From positions 1-35,114 of the IMG/VR virus record IMGVR_UViG_3300032270_000224: a stretch of DNA of 35,114 nucleotides; one strand, given 5' to 3'. Below are positions 32,032-35,114 of the stretch, in pieces. The position numbers and the translations under genes were made by a program. Under the pieces are notes generated by a model, which saw only the letters and a program-made list of their open reading frames with translations, made no database searches and was not told the DNA's origin. Position 1 is the stretch's first letter. Each line of letters begins with the position of its first letter. The DNA is from a virus. Taxonomy: Duplodnaviria > Caudoviricetes.

Positions 32032-33622
32032 CTATCAACGCAAAGCCATCAACGACCTCTACGACTGGTTCTCTGGTAGCAACGCAGGCAACCCTTGCGT
32101 TGTCATGCCGACTGGCTCAGGCAAGAGCCACATCGTGGCGGCGCTCTGTAAGGAGGCCCTGCAAGCGTGGCCTGACCAACAGATCCTGATGCTGACCCAT
32201 GTGAAGGAACTGATTGAGCAGAACGCCGAGAAGCTTCGCCAGCACTGGCCCAATGCGCCTATGGGGATCTACTCGGCCAGCATTGGCCAGAAGCATCTTG
32301 GCGAGCCCATTACGTTTGCGGGCATCCAGTCGATTGGGAAGAAGTCAAAGGAGGTTGGCCACGTTGATTTGGTGATTATTGACGAGTGTCACTTGGTCAA
32401 TCATCGAGAGACTGGCGAGTACCGGACATTTATTGATGAACTGACAAAGATCAATTTGGCGCTGCGGGTGGTAGGGTTAACCGCCACGCCTTTCCGTTTG
32501 GGGCACGGCTACATCACAGACAAGCCCGCCATGTTTGACGCCCTGCTGACGCCGGTCAGCATTGAGGAGCTTATCTACAAGGGCTTTCTAGCCCCCCTGC
32601 GCAGCAAGCACACAACTGAAAAGTTGGACGTGTCTGGCGTTAAAAAACGCGGCGGCGAGTATATTGAGAGCGAGTTGCAGGCGGCGGTGGATACCGACGA
32701 AAAGAACCGGGCGGTGGTGGACGAGGTCATAAGCATGGCCGGTGATCGCAAGGCTTGGTTGTTCTTCTGCACTGGCGTGGCTCACGCTCGCCATGTGGCC
32801 AAGGTGCTGATTGAAAAGGGCATTCCTGCGGCTTGCGTGACGGGCGAAACGCCCAAGAAGGAGCGGGAGCAGATATTGGCGGATTTCAAAGCGGGGCGGC
32901 TGCGGGCGCTCACCAACGCCAATGTGCTAACGACGGGGTTTGACTACCCCGACATTGATTTGATCGCCATGATGAGGCCCACACTGAGCCCCAGTCTGTA
33001 TGTGCAGATGGCGGGTCGGGGGATGCGCCCGAAGTCGCACACGGATCACTGCATGGTGTTGGACTTTGCGGGCGTTGTATCTACGCATGGGCCTATAACA
33101 GCGGTTCAGCCGCCCAAGAAGCCCAAGCCGGGGCAGGAGGGTGAGGCGCCGGTAAAGGCCTGCCCTGAGTGCCACGAACTTGTTCACCCTCGCGTAGAGA
33201 TTTGCCCTTGCTGCGGATTTCAATTTCCAATTGCGCAGAAGAAATTGAAGCTTCACCATGACGACATCATGGGTTTGGACGGCAGCAAGATGGAAGTGAA
33301 AGATTGGCGCTGGCGCAAGCACATAAGCCGCACCAGCGGCAAGGAAATGCTGGCGGTGTCGTACTATGGCGGCCTGTCGGACCCGGCGATTGTGGAGTAT
33401 TTCCCGGTGACGCACGAGGGGTATGCAGGGGAGAAAGCAAGGAGAAATGTTTATATGATTATGTCTTCATCTGATGTTCGCGTTGAACATTTAAACGGGC
33501 CTATAGAAGAAAACCTTGATCAAATATCTAATATAATAAATGATAACTCATCTCCACCAACCACCATCGAATACAAAAAAGACGGAAAGTTCTTCCGCGT
33601 CATGAAAAGGAGCTGGGTATGA
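32015..33622 (+). CDS. Superfamily 2 DExH helicase (RadD/YejH-like) with zinc finger
   Basis: LRDYQ, PTGSGKS, IIDECH, GLTATP, LTTGFD, QMAGRGMR, CPEC...CPCC. Confidence 0.92.
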   Translation: MTQLRDYQRKAINDLYDWFSGSNAGNPCVVMPTGSGKSHIVAALCKEALQAWPDQQILMLTHVKELIEQNAEKLRQHWPNAPMGIYSASIGQKHLGEPITFAGIQSIGKKSKEVGHVDLVIIDECHLVNHRETGEYRTFIDELTKINLALRVVGLTATPFRLGHGYITDKPAMFDALLTPVSIEELIYKGFLAPLRSKHTTEKLDVSGVKKRGGEYIESELQAAVDTDEKNRAVVDEVISMAGDRKAWLFFCTGVAHARHVAKVLIEKGIPAACVTGETPKKEREQILADFKAGRLRALTNANVLTTGFDYPDIDLIAMMRPTLSPSLYVQMAGRGMRPKSHTDHCMVLDFAGVVSTHGPITAVQPPKKPKPGQEGEAPVKACPECHELVHPRVEICPCCGFQFPIAQKKLKLHHDDIMGLDGSKMEVKDWRWRKHISRTSGKEMLAVSYYGGLSDPAIVEYFPVTHEGYAGEKARRNVYMIMSSSDVRVEHLNGPIEENLDQISNIINDNSSPPTTIEYKKDGKFFRVMKRSWV

Positions 33623-33822
33623 GGCACGACAAGCCAGAAGAATTAGCGGCGCATGAGAAGATGATGAAGGAGTTGTTTGCCAAGGGGCCGCCCCGGTTCT
33701 GCTACAACTGCATGAACTACAGCGGGTCTGGGCGCTGCGGCGTGTTTGACATGGAGCCGCCCGAGGAGTTCACTCAGGTGGCAAATCAATGCGATGAGTG
33801 GACTATGGAGCCGCCGTTTTGA
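33619..33822 (+). CDS. Small Cys-rich protein
   Basis: 67 aa; CYNC...C...C, ends PPF; ATGA-coupled. Confidence 0.7.
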   Translation: MRHDKPEELAAHEKMMKELFAKGPPRFCYNCMNYSGSGRCGVFDMEPPEEFTQVANQCDEWTMEPPF

Positions 33823-34202
33823 AGAAAAGATTGGTGACAGACCGGATGGCTGGGGAGCGCATCCCAACTGAACATGAAGAGCAGCGCGAGCTGGTTAAGT
33901 GGTTCCGTCAAAGTTTTGACGGTGTCAGAATATTTGCAATCCCCAATGGCGGCGCCCGCACTATCACTACGGCGGCCAAGTTGAAGGTTGAGGGCGTCAG
34001 TGCTGGCGTCCCCGACCTTTATATCCCCGCATGGAAGATCTGGATTGAGATGAAGCGCGTGAAGGGCGGCGTTGTAGATAAAGCTCAGAAAGATTGGCAC
34101 GACTACTTGACGGCGATTGGCGATAGGGTCATCGTGTGTCGTGGCGCTGATGAAGCGAAGCGCATGATAAGCATGATTGAAATGGAGATAACAGGTAAAT
34201 GA
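33819..34202 (+). CDS. VRR-NUC family nuclease (Holliday junction resolvase-like)
   Basis: TEHEEQ...FAIPNGG...EGVSAGVPDL...IEMK; start uncertain (TTG 33819 or ATG 33846). Confidence 0.85.
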   Translation: MKKRLVTDRMAGERIPTEHEEQRELVKWFRQSFDGVRIFAIPNGGARTITTAAKLKVEGVSAGVPDLYIPAWKIWIEMKRVKGGVVDKAQKDWHDYLTAIGDRVIVCRGADEAKRMISMIEMEITGK

Positions 34203-34480
34203 AGTTTCTCATCACCATGAATATGCCTTCTTATAAGGGTGGCCCCATCCACCAGATCATCTGCGAGTACCCGGCAACGGGGCTGGCCGACTTCTGTGAT
34301 GCGTTGGAACGGCGTGAGTTTACTATTGTTGAAGAGTTCTACAAAAACAGCGAGACGGTCCTCGGTGTTGATCCCTACTATTCGGTGGGACTGACCGGCA
34401 TCAACTACCGTTACGTTGGAAAGATAAAGGAGCTTGGTGGAGTCACCAGCGCACATAAAAACATGAAGAAGGAGTATTGA
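34199..34480 (+). CDS. Hypothetical protein
   Basis: 93 aa; ATGA-coupled. Confidence 0.7.
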   Translation: MKFLITMNMPSYKGGPIHQIICEYPATGLADFCDALERREFTIVEEFYKNSETVLGVDPYYSVGLTGINYRYVGKIKELGGVTSAHKNMKKEY

Positions 34481-34481
34481 T

Positions 34482-34814
34482 ATGAACCACACCGACATCC
34501 TCACCCAGTCCGTCCTCACGCTCCGCGACCGTGACACGCAGTACGGCAGCATGCAGGAGACAATGACCCGCGCCTGCCAACTCTTTGAAATGATCACTGG
34601 CAGCCCCCTGAGTCCCTACCACGCCAACATCTTCATGCACGCTTTGAAGCTGGCGCGCGTCAGGTCATCGCCCGGAAAGCTAGACAACTACATCGACGGC
34701 ATCAACTACCTTGCCTTCGCCGGTGAGTTCGCCGTGCCTCCGGGCGGGGCCGAGGCCCTTGTCAACGCCGGGATGCGCGACCTCGTCGAGCAGATGAACA
34801 CGCAGGAGGGGTAA
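34482..34814 (+). CDS. DUF6378-like protein
   Basis: DRDTQYG...LKLAR...DNYIDGINY pattern; AAGGAG RBS. Confidence 0.75.
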   Translation: MNHTDILTQSVLTLRDRDTQYGSMQETMTRACQLFEMITGSPLSPYHANIFMHALKLARVRSSPGKLDNYIDGINYLAFAGEFAVPPGGAEALVNAGMRDLVEQMNTQEG

Positions 34815-34858
34815 GCGTCCCAAATTAGTACAGCGTGCGGGTGCCTGCGTTAATGAAA

Positions 34859-34894
34859 TGGCGACTTCTCTGCCCCAGAGTGGGGAAGTCGCCA
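34859..34894 (+). other. Intergenic hairpin upstream of the last ORF
   Basis: TGGCGACTTC/GAAGTCGCCA 10-bp perfect stem. Confidence 0.55.
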
Positions 34895-34914
34895 ACATTG
34901 ATATGGAGATTGAG

Positions 34915-35114
34915 ATGGCCCGCATACAGGACAAGTTGAGGAAGACGAACCTCTTCATCGACCCCGCCTACCCCGTCAGCAAGCATGTGCTGATCAACCC
35001 GGACGGCATCGAAGCCGCCGACTACATTGACAACCTCATCCAGAAACTGAGCCACATCGCTCACCTCGCGCTCAACAACATTGACGACGAAGAGGTGAAG
35101 AAAGAGATCTGGCA
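34915..35114 (+). CDS. Hypothetical protein, truncated by the window edge
   Basis: Preceded by TGATATGGAGATTGAG (same RBS motif as the early cassettes); MARIQDKLRKTNLFIDPAY... open to the end. Confidence 0.7.
   Translation, partial: MARIQDKLRKTNLFIDPAYPVSKHVLINPDGIEAADYIDNLIQKLSHIAHLALNNIDDEEVKKEIW

Overview
This window is a ~35 kb segment of a GC-rich tailed dsDNA phage genome; it is podovirus-like in that no tail tube or tape measure gene is visible. No integrase, tRNA, rRNA or CRISPR array was seen. From ~22030 down to 1 the minus strand carries the morphogenesis arm: small and large terminase, portal, a 1682-aa multidomain internal protein, a K/G/M-rich 523-aa protein, GroES-like co-chaperonin, scaffold-like protein, Mu gpT-like major capsid protein (MCP), a free-standing HNH/EndoVII endonuclease, small basic proteins, a head-tail adaptor, a collagen-like fibre, a GT2-TPR glycosyltransferase and two membrane proteins. 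From ~22140 to 25509 the plus strand carries small early genes built from repeated regulatory parts, then a C5 DNA methyltransferase with a nested second-frame ORF. A minus-strand Cro-like/primase-helicase unit is followed by a GTAC-iteron origin candidate. A plus-strand recombination/replication operon (Sak4-like ATPase, DUF669 SSB, Cas4-like nuclease, SF2 helicase, VRR-NUC) ends the window. The most notable signals are: (1) a shared x-x-x-G-G motif system in three internal-type proteins that marks module boundaries; (2) a compact three-stem interlocked pseudoknot RNA downstream of the capsid gene; (3) DnaA boxes at identical spacing upstream of two early promoters; (4) a two-frame methyltransferase with five WPTP repeats and a clamp-binding-like motif; (5) a homing endonuclease with an RBS-sequestering hairpin and a recoded capsid 3' end. 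All family assignments come from motif recognition by eye; no database search was run.
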